A stretch of DNA of 64,000 nt from Hyphomicrobiales bacterium (GCA_017305455.1 JAFKKO010000117.1:21824-85823); one strand, 5' to 3'. Counted from the stretch's first letter, positions 9,033-18,785 are shown. A program made the numbers and translations. Notes: generated by a model not told the origin, from the letters alone.

Positions 9033-10631
9033 ATGAAAGTTAAGTGCAGCATCAAGGCCAATGTCTATAAAGACTCCGTTTCATTGATGAGGATTTCGCA
9101 GCTTGTCGTCTCGCGGACGTCCGTGCAGCGCACAACGCTGTTGATGGGAACCAAGGCGAACAAGGAGTTTTTGGCGCAAGCCAAACTCATGCGGCCGGAA
9201 TTGGATGCGGCACAGCCAAGCGACATCATGATCGTCGTGGAGGACGGTTCGGATGAGACGATGGCTGCGGCCGAGCGTGAAATTCATTCGTTGATCGCGG
9301 GCGAGGAGCCCAAAGCGGGTTCATCCGAACAGGCTGCCGAATTGCCGCCGCGTTCGATCGCGGTCGGCGTCTCGCGCGCCGAAGAGGCCGATCTGGCGCT
9401 GATCTCGGTGCCGGGCTCGTATGCGGCGGCTGAAGCGATGAAGGCGTTGCGGCAGGGGCTTAGTGTGCTTTTGTTCAGCGACAACGTGCCGATCGAGCAG
9501 GAGCGCGAGCTCAAGAAGGTCGCGCAGCGCAAGAATCTTCTTGTCATGGGACCGGACTGCGGAACGGCGGTGATCAACGGCGTGCCGCTCGGTTTCGCCA
9601 ATGTTGTGCGGCGTGGCGGCGTCGGCCTGGTCGGCGCTTCCGGCACCGGCCTGCAGGAGATCATGTGTCAGGTTCATCGCCTCGGCGAGGGACTGTCCCA
9701 TGCCATCGGCACCGGCAGCCGCGATGTGTATGACGACATCGGTGGCGCAACAATGTTGCAGGGACTCGACCTGCTGGCCGCGGACAAGGCCACCAAAGTG
9801 ATCGCAATCATCTCCAAGCCGCCCGCGCCAGCCGTGCAGCAGCGCGTGCTGGCCAAGGCCGCGTCGCTGCAAAAGCCAGTGGTGGTCTGTTTCCTTGGCG
9901 GAAGTCCGGCCGCGCCCGGCGATAACGTCCACTGCGTTGCGACATTGCAGGAGGCGGCCGCCAAGGCGGTCGCGCTCGCGAAGGGCACGAAGGCGGCCGG
10001 CGAGGTCTCGCATGGCGGCGCGGCGGTCGATGCGATCGCCGCCAGGTTGAAGCTGTCGCAGCGATTCATCCGTGGACTTTATTCTGGCGGCACGTTCTGC
10101 GCGGAGGCGCAGGTGATCTGGCAGCGCCATGGGATCAGCACCCATTCCAATGTTCCGCTTGATTACGACCTCAAGCTCAAGGACGAGAACAAAAGCGTCG
10201 GGCACACCGCGATCGACCTCGGCAGCGACGAGTTCACGGTCGGCCGGCCACATCCGATGATCGACTACGGCGTGCGTATCGATCGGCTGCAGCGCGAGGC
10301 CAAGGACCCCGACGTCGCCTGCATCGTGCTCGATGTCGTGCTCGGCTATGGCAGTCACGAGAATCCAGTGAGCGTGCTCGCGCCGGCCATTCGTACGGCC
10401 AAGGCCACTGCCAAACAGGGCGGCCGCGAACTGCCGGTTGTCTGCTTTATCTGCGGCACCGACGAGGACCCGCAGCATCTGGCTTCGCAGACCGAGGCTC
10501 TCGCCAGGGAAGGCGTGATCTTCGCCTCGGCAAGCACGGAGGCTGCGAGCATCGCAGCGGATCTCGCCACGCGGATGGCCTCGGGCGATGCTGCTTCGGA
10601 TCGTCGTGCGCAACAGGGTAAGGGCCGGTAA
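9033..10631 (+). CDS. fdrA: FdrA-family protein (succinyl-CoA-synthetase-alpha-like acyl-CoA synthetase fold)
   Basis: The N-terminal KANVYKDSVSLMRIS is typical of FdrA. CoA-ligase-like motifs are ISVPGSYAAAEA, GPDCGTAVINGVPLGFAN and VGASGTGLQE. A GGGGTGAG SD precedes ATG 9033. Confidence 0.85.
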   Translation: MKVKCSIKANVYKDSVSLMRISQLVVSRTSVQRTTLLMGTKANKEFLAQAKLMRPELDAAQPSDIMIVVEDGSDETMAAAEREIHSLIAGEEPKAGSSEQAAELPPRSIAVGVSRAEEADLALISVPGSYAAAEAMKALRQGLSVLLFSDNVPIEQERELKKVAQRKNLLVMGPDCGTAVINGVPLGFANVVRRGGVGLVGASGTGLQEIMCQVHRLGEGLSHAIGTGSRDVYDDIGGATMLQGLDLLAADKATKVIAIISKPPAPAVQQRVLAKAASLQKPVVVCFLGGSPAAPGDNVHCVATLQEAAAKAVALAKGTKAAGEVSHGGAAVDAIAARLKLSQRFIRGLYSGGTFCAEAQVIWQRHGISTHSNVPLDYDLKLKDENKSVGHTAIDLGSDEFTVGRPHPMIDYGVRIDRLQREAKDPDVACIVLDVVLGYGSHENPVSVLAPAIRTAKATAKQGGRELPVVCFICGTDEDPQHLASQTEALAREGVIFASASTEAASIAADLATRMASGDAASDRRAQQGKGR

Positions 10632-12079
10632 TGACCATGGCGTATTCATTTCTCGACCGTAAAACCTCCGTCATCAGCCTCGGCGCGTCCGATCTCGACA
10701 AGGGCATCGAAAGCGCCAAGGCTCCCCTGGTGCGGTTGCAATGGCAGCCGGTGGGCGACGGCAATCCGGATGTGGCCTGGAGTCTTGCGCAGATCGTCGG
10801 CGACAAGGACGATCCCGAGGCCTTCGGCTCGCTGGTCGATCGCGCCAACGAGGAAGCGCTGCAGCGCATCCTCACCGCGCAGCCGGTCTGGGTGGACGTG
10901 GTTCTCCACGCTTCCGAGGTGTGGCCGGATATGGGGCGCACGCTGCTGCATGCCGGCCCGCCGATCGCCTGGGACGACATGTGTGGCCCGATGCGCGGCG
11001 GCGTGATCGGCGCCATTCTCTACGAGAAATGGGCCGAGACGCAGGAGGAGGCGGAGAAGCTCGCCGGCAGCGGCGCCATCCGTTTTGCGCCGTGCCATGA
11101 GTTCGGCGCGGTGGGGCCGATGAGCGGCATCATCTCGCCGTCGATGCCGCTGTTCGCCGTGCAGAACAAGACAGGCGGCAATTTCGGTTATGCGCCGATG
11201 ATGGAATCGGGCGGCGCCAAGACCCTTCGCTTCGGCGCCTTCGCGCCCGAAGTGATCGCCGGCCTGAAGTGGATCGAGAACGTGCTGGCGCCAGCGCTCA
11301 AGACCGCGGTCGCCGGGATCGATGGCGGCCTGCCGCTGAAGCAGATCATGGGGCAGGCGCTGCACATGGGCGATGACGTTCACAACCGCAACACGGCGGC
11401 GACCTTGCTGCTGCTGCGCACGGTGGTGGACTCGCTGCTCGGCTCGAACACGCCGAAGGACATCGTTCAGGACGTGGTCAAGGTGGTCGGCGCGGACGAC
11501 ATGTTCTTCCTCAGCCTGTCGATGGCGGCGTGCAAATCCACCATGGATGCCGCCCACGGCGTGCCTCACAGCAGCATCGTGACCGCGATGGCCCGCAACG
11601 GCGTCAATGTCGGCATCCGGGTGAGCGGGCTTGGTGGCAGCTGGTTCGTCGGCAAGGCGGACGTGCCGCTCGGTCTGTTCCTGCCGGGCTTCAGCGAAGC
11701 GGATGCCAATCCGGATATCGGCGACAGCGCCATCACCGAAACCTCGGGGCTCGGCGCGTTCGCCATGGCGGCCGCTCCCGCGATGGTGCAGTTCGTCGGC
11801 GGCACGCCGCAGGACGCGCTGCGTTATTCGCGCGAGATGGCGTTCATCACGGTCGGACGCAATCCGGGCTTCACGCTGCCGGCGCTCGATTTTATCGGCG
11901 CGCCGGTCGGCATCGACGTGCGCAAGGTGGTCGACGAAGGCATGCGGCCGGTGATCAACACCGCGACCGCGCACAAGGAAGCCGGCAAGGGCATTATCGG
12001 CGCCGGCATCGTCAAGGCTCCGATGAAGTGCTTCACCGAAGCCGTGCAGGCGCTGGCCGCCGGCGCCGGGAAATCGTAA
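10631..12079 (+). CDS. DUF1116 (YlbE-like) protein
   Basis: The start overlaps the fdrA stop (taATG). TLLHAGPPIAWDDMCGPMRGGVIGA...FAPCHEFGAVGPMSGIISPSMP matches the DUF1116/YlbE pattern that normally partners FdrA. Confidence 0.8.
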   Translation: MTMAYSFLDRKTSVISLGASDLDKGIESAKAPLVRLQWQPVGDGNPDVAWSLAQIVGDKDDPEAFGSLVDRANEEALQRILTAQPVWVDVVLHASEVWPDMGRTLLHAGPPIAWDDMCGPMRGGVIGAILYEKWAETQEEAEKLAGSGAIRFAPCHEFGAVGPMSGIISPSMPLFAVQNKTGGNFGYAPMMESGGAKTLRFGAFAPEVIAGLKWIENVLAPALKTAVAGIDGGLPLKQIMGQALHMGDDVHNRNTAATLLLLRTVVDSLLGSNTPKDIVQDVVKVVGADDMFFLSLSMAACKSTMDAAHGVPHSSIVTAMARNGVNVGIRVSGLGGSWFVGKADVPLGLFLPGFSEADANPDIGDSAITETSGLGAFAMAAAPAMVQFVGGTPQDALRYSREMAFITVGRNPGFTLPALDFIGAPVGIDVRKVVDEGMRPVINTATAHKEAGKGIIGAGIVKAPMKCFTEAVQALAAGAGKS

Positions 12080-12105
12080 GCGCAACGACAGGTTGACGTA
12101 GATGG

Positions 12106-12134
12106 AAGGCGCCCTCTGGGGCGCCTTTTTGTTT
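12106..12134 (+). terminator. Intrinsic terminator after the fdrA-DUF1116 pair
   Basis: Hairpin aaggcgcc-ctct-ggggcgcctt followed by tttgttt, 27 nt after the stop codon. Confidence 0.75.
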
Positions 12135-12418
12135 GACGTGTCGTGTTGCCCAAGAGCAGTCCTGGCATGCCAGCGTTATGTCGGAATGATTTCGCCCGGA
12201 CAGTTTGTCGCGTGGCCGCGCTGCCCCTGTTTTTCACAGCGTTTTCAAAAACATTCACGATGTGAATTCAGTCTATACGGCTGCGTGCGTAGGCAATCCC
12301 AAAGGTTTGTTTTTAGATCGATGCGTGAGAGATGCGCCACAATCGGCACAAGCCGGAATGTCAACCGACGAACGAAGTTGGCTGTCGCAAATCACGGAAC
12401 GCAACAGGGGGACTTTTT

Positions 12419-13408
12419 ATGATTCAGAATCGTCGTCGTTTTGTACAGGCCGGCGTGTTGTCGGCCGCGTTGATTGCCGGAGCCGGTGCATTCACTTTCG
12501 CCAGCGCCGCGGATGACCCCATCAAGATCGGCATTCTCATTCCGGGTTCGAAGGCGGACCATGGCTGGATGGAATCGGGCTACAACGGCATGAAAGACGC
12601 CGAGAAGCGTCACGGCAAGAAGATCAAGGTGACCTATATCGAGAACGTGAAGTTCGCCGATATGGAGCAGGCGCTCGTGACGCTTGCGATGAAGAACAAT
12701 CTGGTGATCGGCGGCGCCGGTCAGACCCAGGCTTCGGTGCTCAAGGTCGCCAAGCGCTTTCCGAAAGTGAAGTTCTCGATCGTCGGCCCGACCGGCCAGC
12801 CGACCGAGAATGTCGCGCAGTACGACGTGCTGCAGGCCCAGATCGGTTACGTCGCCGGCGCGGTTGCTGCGATGATGTCGAAGAACGGCGCGGTCAGCTA
12901 TGTCGGCGGTCTTGAAATCCCGGCGATCGTGAACACCGGCAAGGAGTTCTGCAACGGCGCCAAGCACGTCAAGCCGGACGTCAAGTGCATCGAGAGCTAC
13001 ACCGGCGATTTCGATGACGTAGCGAAGGCGAAGGAAGCAACGCTGGCGGCGATCGCGCAGGGCGCGGACGTTCACTACAATATCCTCAATCTCGGCGTGC
13101 GTGGCATGGAGCAGGCGGCGCGCGAGAAGGGCACCAAGATGATTGGCAGCTACACCAATTATTGCGGCGAGAAGAACCCGCTCTACATCGCCTACACCAC
13201 CAGCGGCATCGGCTTCATGTACGAGTACGCGATTGACCAGATGGTCGCAGGCACCTGGCACCCCGAATACAAGCCGTTCGGTCTTGTGATGGGTCCGCGT
13301 TCGGCCGGCATTAATGTCTGCACCGGCGAAACTCCGGAAATCAAGGCGAAGATCAAGGAACTGCAGGACGATCTGTTGTCCGGCAAGATCAAGGTGCGGG
13401 TGGGCTGA
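12419..13408 (+). CDS. BMP-family (PnrA-like) ABC transporter substrate-binding protein
   Basis: ATG 12419 follows an AGGGGGA SD. There is an RR-containing signal, MIQNRRRFVQAGVLSAALIAGAGAFTFASA, then a BMP/basic-membrane-protein fold (IKIGILIPGSKADHGWMESGY...). Confidence 0.85.
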   Translation: MIQNRRRFVQAGVLSAALIAGAGAFTFASAADDPIKIGILIPGSKADHGWMESGYNGMKDAEKRHGKKIKVTYIENVKFADMEQALVTLAMKNNLVIGGAGQTQASVLKVAKRFPKVKFSIVGPTGQPTENVAQYDVLQAQIGYVAGAVAAMMSKNGAVSYVGGLEIPAIVNTGKEFCNGAKHVKPDVKCIESYTGDFDDVAKAKEATLAAIAQGADVHYNILNLGVRGMEQAAREKGTKMIGSYTNYCGEKNPLYIAYTTSGIGFMYEYAIDQMVAGTWHPEYKPFGLVMGPRSAGINVCTGETPEIKAKIKELQDDLLSGKIKVRVG

Positions 13409-13412
13409 TCAA

Positions 13413-14972
13413 ATGGCGCTTCTCGAGCTATCCGGCCTGACGAAAAGGTTTGGTTCGTTCACCGCTCTCGACCATGTGAGCCTCACGGTCGAGAGCGGGG
13501 AGGTCCACTGCCTTCTCGGTGAAAACGGCGCCGGCAAGTCGACTCTCTGCAATCTGATTTTCGGTGTGCACAAGCCGGATGCGGGCGTCATCTCCCTTGC
13601 GGGAGAGGCGTTCCACCCGGCCGGGCCGGCCGAGGCTCTCCACAACGGCATCGTGATGGTGCACCAGCATTTCAGCCTGGTGCCGAACATGACCGTGGCG
13701 GAGAATCTCATGCTGGGCCGTTCGGGTCCGAAGCTGGAGCCGCACATCGTGATCGATCGCATGGCGGAGCTTGCGGCCGAGTACGACCTGCGGATCGATC
13801 CGCACGTACGCATCGAGGATTTGTCGGTCGGAGAGCGCCAGCGCGTCGAGATCATCAAGTGTCTGCTTGGTGATCCTCGGCTGCTGGTTCTGGACGAGCC
13901 GACGGCTGTGCTGCAGCCGGACGAGATCGACGCATTGCTCGCGATCTGCCGCCAGTTGGTGGATCGCGGCAAGGCGGTGCTCCTCGTCACCCACAAGCTC
14001 GGCGAGATCAAGCGCATTGCCGATCGCACCACGGTCTTGCGTCAGGGCAAGGTCGTCGAGACGGTGAAGATGGAAGGGGCGGACATGCAGTCGCTGGTCC
14101 GCTCGATGGTCGGACGCGACGTGCGTTCGCCCGGATCGGTTCTTGCCGCCACGATCGGGATCGAGAACCAGAACGAGGCCGACAGCAAGGTCATTTCCAT
14201 GCTGTCGCAGGACCGCACTGTCGAGCCGGCGCTGCAATTGTCGCATCTGACCTATTGCGATGCGGACGGCGTCACCAGAATCGACGACATCAATCTCAAG
14301 GTGATGCCGGGCGAGATTGTCGGCATCGCCGGCGTCGAGGGCAACGGCCAGACCGAACTCGGGCTCATGCTCGCGGGGCTGCTGGAGCAGACCTCCGGTT
14401 CGATCGCGGCCGGTGGCAAGAATCTGGACGGCTGTTCGCCGGAGGAGATCACCGCGGCGGGCGTCGGCATCGTGCCGGAGGACCGCCATGCGGTGGCCTG
14501 CATCAAGGAGATGTCGGTTGAGGAAAACCTGTTCCTCGGTTCGATTTCGCAATTCACCCGGTTCGGTTTCGTCAACCGCCCGGCGATGCGTCTGGCGGCT
14601 CGCGAATTGATGCGGGAGTTCGACGTGCGCGCGAGCGGCCCGGAGATTCCGATGTCGGGATTGTCCGGCGGCAATCAGCAGAAGGCCGTTCTGGCCCGCG
14701 AGCTGACGCTCGATCCTCTGATCTTCCTGCTCGCGGCGCAGCCGACGCGCGGCCTTGATGTCGGTGCCATCGAGGCCGTCTACAGCCGTATCCGCGCGGC
14801 GAGCGAGAGCGGGCTGGGCGTACTCCTGATTTCCAGCGAGCTTGAAGAACTGATCGCTGTGTCGGATCGCATCGCCGTCATTTACCGCGGCAAGCTCGTC
14901 GGCGAGCTGGCGTCGGATTCATTCAGCCGAGAGTCAATTGGGGCGATGATGTCGGGACATGAGCATGTCTAA
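13413..14972 (+). CDS. ABC transporter ATP-binding protein with two fused ATPase domains
   Basis: It has two Walker A motifs (GENGAGKST, GVEGNGQTE) and two ABC signatures (LSVGERQRV, LSGGNQQKA). The architecture is typical of BMP/CUT2-type importers. ATG 13413 lies 5 nt after the SBP stop. Confidence 0.9.
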   Translation: MALLELSGLTKRFGSFTALDHVSLTVESGEVHCLLGENGAGKSTLCNLIFGVHKPDAGVISLAGEAFHPAGPAEALHNGIVMVHQHFSLVPNMTVAENLMLGRSGPKLEPHIVIDRMAELAAEYDLRIDPHVRIEDLSVGERQRVEIIKCLLGDPRLLVLDEPTAVLQPDEIDALLAICRQLVDRGKAVLLVTHKLGEIKRIADRTTVLRQGKVVETVKMEGADMQSLVRSMVGRDVRSPGSVLAATIGIENQNEADSKVISMLSQDRTVEPALQLSHLTYCDADGVTRIDDINLKVMPGEIVGIAGVEGNGQTELGLMLAGLLEQTSGSIAAGGKNLDGCSPEEITAAGVGIVPEDRHAVACIKEMSVEENLFLGSISQFTRFGFVNRPAMRLAARELMREFDVRASGPEIPMSGLSGGNQQKAVLARELTLDPLIFLLAAQPTRGLDVGAIEAVYSRIRAASESGLGVLLISSELEELIAVSDRIAVIYRGKLVGELASDSFSRESIGAMMSGHEHV

Positions 14973-16071
14973 GTCGGAATTTGCAGTGAAGTCCTCCAGC
15001 CTGAGCTGGCCGGATGGATTGAAGGGGGTGATCCCGTTGCAGGTCGTCGTTCCGGTTGTCGCCACCATCGGCGCGCTGCTGGTCGGCCTGTTGATCATCG
15101 CCATCACCGGCGGCTCGGTTTCGGAAGCGATCGAGGCGTTCTGGGACGGCATGGCGGGCAGCAGCTTCAACATCGGCTCCTCGCTCAACCGCGCCATCAG
15201 CCTCGGCCTGGTCGGCCTCGGCTTTATCTTCGCGAACCGGGCCAATCTCACCAACGTCGGCGGTGAAGGCCAGATCGCCATCGGCGGCATGTTCGCCACC
15301 GCCATGGCGCTGCACGGGGCAGGGTCCCTGCCGTTCGGTCTCGCCTTTATCGTCCCGCTGTTCGTCGGCGCGCTCGCCGGCGGCTGCTGGGGCGCGCTCG
15401 CGGGCGTGCTGAAAGCCAAGCGCAACACCAACGAAGTCATCAGCACGCTGCTGCTCTCCTTCATCGCGCTGCCTCTGGTGTACTGGTCGGTGGAGTCGTT
15501 TCATCTGCTGCGCAAGCCGATCAGCGACGTCTCCTCGCTGCCTGAGTCGCCCGAGATTCCGGATGCGACCAAGCTGCCGCTGCTGTTTCCCTCGGATGGC
15601 TCCTCGCCGCTGCATATCGGATTGCCGCTGGCGATCGTCGCGGTGATCGTGGTCTGGTTCGTGCTGCGCCACACTTCGCTCGGCCTCAAGCTGCGCGCGG
15701 TCGGCCTCAACGAGATGGCCTCGCGCCGCGCCGGCCTGCGGGCAAGCTGGCTGATCATTCTCGCCATGGGCGTTTCCGGCGCGCTTGGCGGCCTCGGCGG
15801 CGCGATCATGATCCTTGGCCAGCAGTATTATCTGACCAGTGATTTCTCCTCCGGTTACGGCTTCGACGGGCTGGTCGTCGGCCTGCTGTCGCGCGGTTCG
15901 GCGGTGGGTGTGGTGATCGGCGCGCTGCTGTTCGGCTTCCTGCGCTCGGGCAGCATCAATATGGAAATCACCGCGCATGTTCCCTCTGCGGTGGTGCTGA
16001 TCTGCCAGGGTCTGATCGTTATCGCCATCGCCGGATCCGCTCTTCTCATGGATAGAAAGCCGAACTCATGA
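14959..16071 (+). CDS. ABC transporter permease (BMP/CUT2-type)
   Basis: 370-aa polytopic membrane protein. It overlaps the ATPase stop, which suggests translational coupling. It has BPD_transp_2-like hydrophobic repeats. Confidence 0.85.
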   Translation: MSMSKSEFAVKSSSLSWPDGLKGVIPLQVVVPVVATIGALLVGLLIIAITGGSVSEAIEAFWDGMAGSSFNIGSSLNRAISLGLVGLGFIFANRANLTNVGGEGQIAIGGMFATAMALHGAGSLPFGLAFIVPLFVGALAGGCWGALAGVLKAKRNTNEVISTLLLSFIALPLVYWSVESFHLLRKPISDVSSLPESPEIPDATKLPLLFPSDGSSPLHIGLPLAIVAVIVVWFVLRHTSLGLKLRAVGLNEMASRRAGLRASWLIILAMGVSGALGGLGGAIMILGQQYYLTSDFSSGYGFDGLVVGLLSRGSAVGVVIGALLFGFLRSGSINMEITAHVPSAVVLICQGLIVIAIAGSALLMDRKPNS

Positions 16072-16994
16072 TCGAGGAACAACTCGCAGTTTTCATCGGA
16101 TCGGGCCTGCGCCTCGCTGCGCCCCTGATCTTCGCCGGCGCCGGCGAGATGCTCAGTGAGCGGGCCGGCGTCCTCAACCTCAGCCTCGACGGCATGATGC
16201 TGACCTCCGCTTTCACCGCGGCGGCGGCGTCCTGGGCGACCGGATCGCCGATGGCCGGACTCGCGGCCGGTATTATCGCCGCGGTGTCGGTGGCCTATGT
16301 GCAGGCGATCCTGAGCGTGACGTTGCGCGCCAACCAGCTTGTGGTCGGCATCGGCTTCAACATTCTGGCGCTCGGCGCGACGACGTTTCTCTACCGGGAA
16401 ATTTTCGGGCCGCTGTCGCGCGACGCCATTCCGGGCTTCACCCAGCTCAACTGGTCGTGGCTCACTGCCATTCCGGTGATCGGCCCCGCGCTGTCGCACC
16501 AGACCTGGCTTGTCTATCTCGCTATCTTCATGATGGTGGTGACCTGGGCGCTGCTGAAATACACCTCGTTCGGCCTTGCGGTGCGCGCGGTCGGCGAAGA
16601 CCCGCGCTCGGCCGACAAGGCCGGAATCAATGTCGGCCGCACGCGCTATCTTGCCGTGCTTTATGCCGGCGCGCTGGCGGGGCTGGGCGGTGCTTTCCTG
16701 TCGATTGCCGACAGCAACACCTTCACCGAGAACATGACCAAGGGCGCGGGCTATCTTGCCATCACCGCGGTGATTTTCGGCGGCTGGACTCCATGGCGCA
16801 CACTCGGCGCGTGCCTGCTGTTCGGCTTCGCCACGGCGCTGCAATTCCTGGTGCCGGCCCTGCAGATCGACGTTCCGGTGGCCTGGCTGCTGCTGCTGCC
16901 GTATCTTCTGGCGCTGATCGCGATCGCCGGCTTCGTCGGCAAGAGCCGCCAGCCGGCGGCGCTGACCATACCGTTCGCGCGCGGGGCATCGTGA
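16068..16994 (+). CDS. ABC transporter permease (second subunit)
   Basis: 308-aa polytopic membrane protein. It shares a 4-nt ATGA overlap with the preceding permease gene. Confidence 0.85.
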   Translation: MIEEQLAVFIGSGLRLAAPLIFAGAGEMLSERAGVLNLSLDGMMLTSAFTAAAASWATGSPMAGLAAGIIAAVSVAYVQAILSVTLRANQLVVGIGFNILALGATTFLYREIFGPLSRDAIPGFTQLNWSWLTAIPVIGPALSHQTWLVYLAIFMMVVTWALLKYTSFGLAVRAVGEDPRSADKAGINVGRTRYLAVLYAGALAGLGGAFLSIADSNTFTENMTKGAGYLAITAVIFGGWTPWRTLGACLLFGFATALQFLVPALQIDVPVAWLLLLPYLLALIAIAGFVGKSRQPAALTIPFARGAS

Positions 16995-17041
16995 TGCCCG
17001 CGCGATTCTCACCATCACTAGTACATTGAAAGGGAAGGTCC

Positions 17042-17854
17042 ATGGCTACGAACGCTAAGGTTTCGGAAAAGGCGCAGCCGGCGCAGGACGAGGTGAGGCC
17101 TCTTGGCACCGGCGGCTACAAATGGCTGGTCAGCGACAACAACGTGAACATGGCGATGGAGCCGCCGCCGCCGCGCGCTGTCACCATCGACGCGCAACAT
17201 CAGTCGGTGACGATGGACCTCAACCGCACGGCGATCCTTGTCATCGACATGCAGAACGATTTCTGCACCAAGGACGGTTGGGTCGACCACCTCGGCTTCG
17301 ATTACGCACCGGACCGCGCGCCGATCGGGCCGCTGCAGAAATTGCTGCCCGGCCTGCGCGCGGCGGGCGTGCCGGTGATCTGGGTGAACTGGGGCAACCG
17401 GCCGGACCTGATAAACATGCCGCCGAACCAGATCCATCTCTACAAGCGGACCGGCGTCGGCATCGGTCTTGGCGAGCCGCTGCCGGTCGGCGGCCACAAG
17501 GTGCTGGAGAAGGATAGCTGGGCTGCCGCGGTGGTGGACGAACTGAAGCCGCTGCCCGAGGACATCTGCGTCGACAAGTACCGCATGAGCGGTTTCTGGG
17601 ATACGCCGCTCGACAGCATCCTGCGCAATCTCGACACCCGGACTATCCTGTTCGCCGGCGTGAACACCGACCAGTGCGTGCTGCACTCGCTGACCGACGC
17701 CAACTTCCTCGGCTATGGCTGCGTCATGGTGGAGGACTGCTGCGCCACCACCTCGCCGGACTACTGCACGGCGGCGACGCTGTTCAACGTCAAGAAGGGC
17801 TTCGGCTTCGTGACGAAGTCCGACGCCATCCTCCGGGCGCTGCCCCGGCCCTGA
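17042..17854 (+). CDS. Isochorismatase-family cysteine hydrolase (amidohydrolase)
   Basis: The Asp-Lys-Cys triad context is visible: AILVIDMQNDFC, VDKYRMSGF, AGVNTDQCVLHS. There is a ~60-aa N-terminal extension relative to minimal family members. Confidence 0.8.
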   Translation: MATNAKVSEKAQPAQDEVRPLGTGGYKWLVSDNNVNMAMEPPPPRAVTIDAQHQSVTMDLNRTAILVIDMQNDFCTKDGWVDHLGFDYAPDRAPIGPLQKLLPGLRAAGVPVIWVNWGNRPDLINMPPNQIHLYKRTGVGIGLGEPLPVGGHKVLEKDSWAAAVVDELKPLPEDICVDKYRMSGFWDTPLDSILRNLDTRTILFAGVNTDQCVLHSLTDANFLGYGCVMVEDCCATTSPDYCTAATLFNVKKGFGFVTKSDAILRALPRP

Positions 17855-18016
17855 GGTTTCCTGTTGCGCGCAGGTCCCTGGACCGGCCCGCGCGCAACGA
17901 CGCCGGCTTGTCGCCCGGGGGACACCCGCGGATTTACTCATCCGCGCCGGAGGCGACGAGCCGGCGTCACCTGGTTTTCAGGTGAGGGAAGTGCAGGTCG
18001 AGACGCTTGAGAACAT

Positions 18017-18046
18017 AAGGCCGCCCGCGAGGCGGCCTTTATTTTT
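18017..18046 (+). terminator. Intrinsic terminator closing the ABC/hydrolase operon
   Basis: Stem aaggccgcc/ggcggcctt with loop cgcga, followed by tattttt. The T-run is on the plus strand only. Confidence 0.7.
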
Positions 18047-18116
18047 CGACGACGGATATTCCGTGCTCCGTCAGGGCATCGAGCAAGTTTGCAAGATCGC
18101 GGTGAGGCCACCGAGC

Positions 18117-18785
18117 TCACCGTGTCGGTATCAGCTCCGGCATCAAGGCTTTCGTCCCATCGAGAAATGCCCGGACAGCATCGATGACGATTGCGTCCAA
18201 CTGCTTTGGCGTCGGGGTTTGATAGACGAAGCGACGGATGGCCATATAGAAAATGCGGCCATGTAATCCCCAGAACATCTCCACTTCGCGTTCTGACAGC
18301 GGCACTTCTTCTTTCGACGGCAGCTTCAGCTCGTGGCGCAATTCGGCGCAGGCGGGTTCGATGATCTCCCTGCGGACGATCGCGAGATAGCGTCCGGTGA
18401 TGTCGAAGGATTTCATGCCGGAAAAGACGAAGATCCGTACCCAGTTATATTCGAACACCTGTTCCACGTATTCGAGATAGAACTGAACGAGCCGCGCTTG
18501 CAGCGGCTGGCTTCGATCGCGGATCAGTCCGCTCCATGATGGCGACCAGCGGCTGAGATAGATTTCCTCATAGACCCGCTCGATGAGCGCTTCCTTGCTC
18601 GGGAAATGCCGATAGATCGCCGAATGCGTGATGCCCATGCGTTTGGCGAGCTCGCGTGTCTGACCCCCAAATCCCTGTTCGGCGAAAAACCGAACCGCTT
18701 CGTCGACAATAAAGCGTTCCCGATCAGCCGCCCGCATGTTGCGGCGCGGCAGTTTTTTGGCTGATTTTGCTGACTTTTTTGCCAT
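18117..18785 (-). CDS. TetR/AcrR-family transcriptional regulator
   Basis: The HTH is FFAEQGFGGQTRELAKRMGITHSAIYRHFPSKEALI. It is divergent from the molybdenum hydroxylase operon. Confidence 0.9.
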   Translation of the reverse strand: MAKKSAKSAKKLPRRNMRAADRERFIVDEAVRFFAEQGFGGQTRELAKRMGITHSAIYRHFPSKEALIERVYEEIYLSRWSPSWSGLIRDRSQPLQARLVQFYLEYVEQVFEYNWVRIFVFSGMKSFDITGRYLAIVRREIIEPACAELRHELKLPSKEEVPLSEREVEMFWGLHGRIFYMAIRRFVYQTPTPKQLDAIVIDAVRAFLDGTKALMPELIPTR

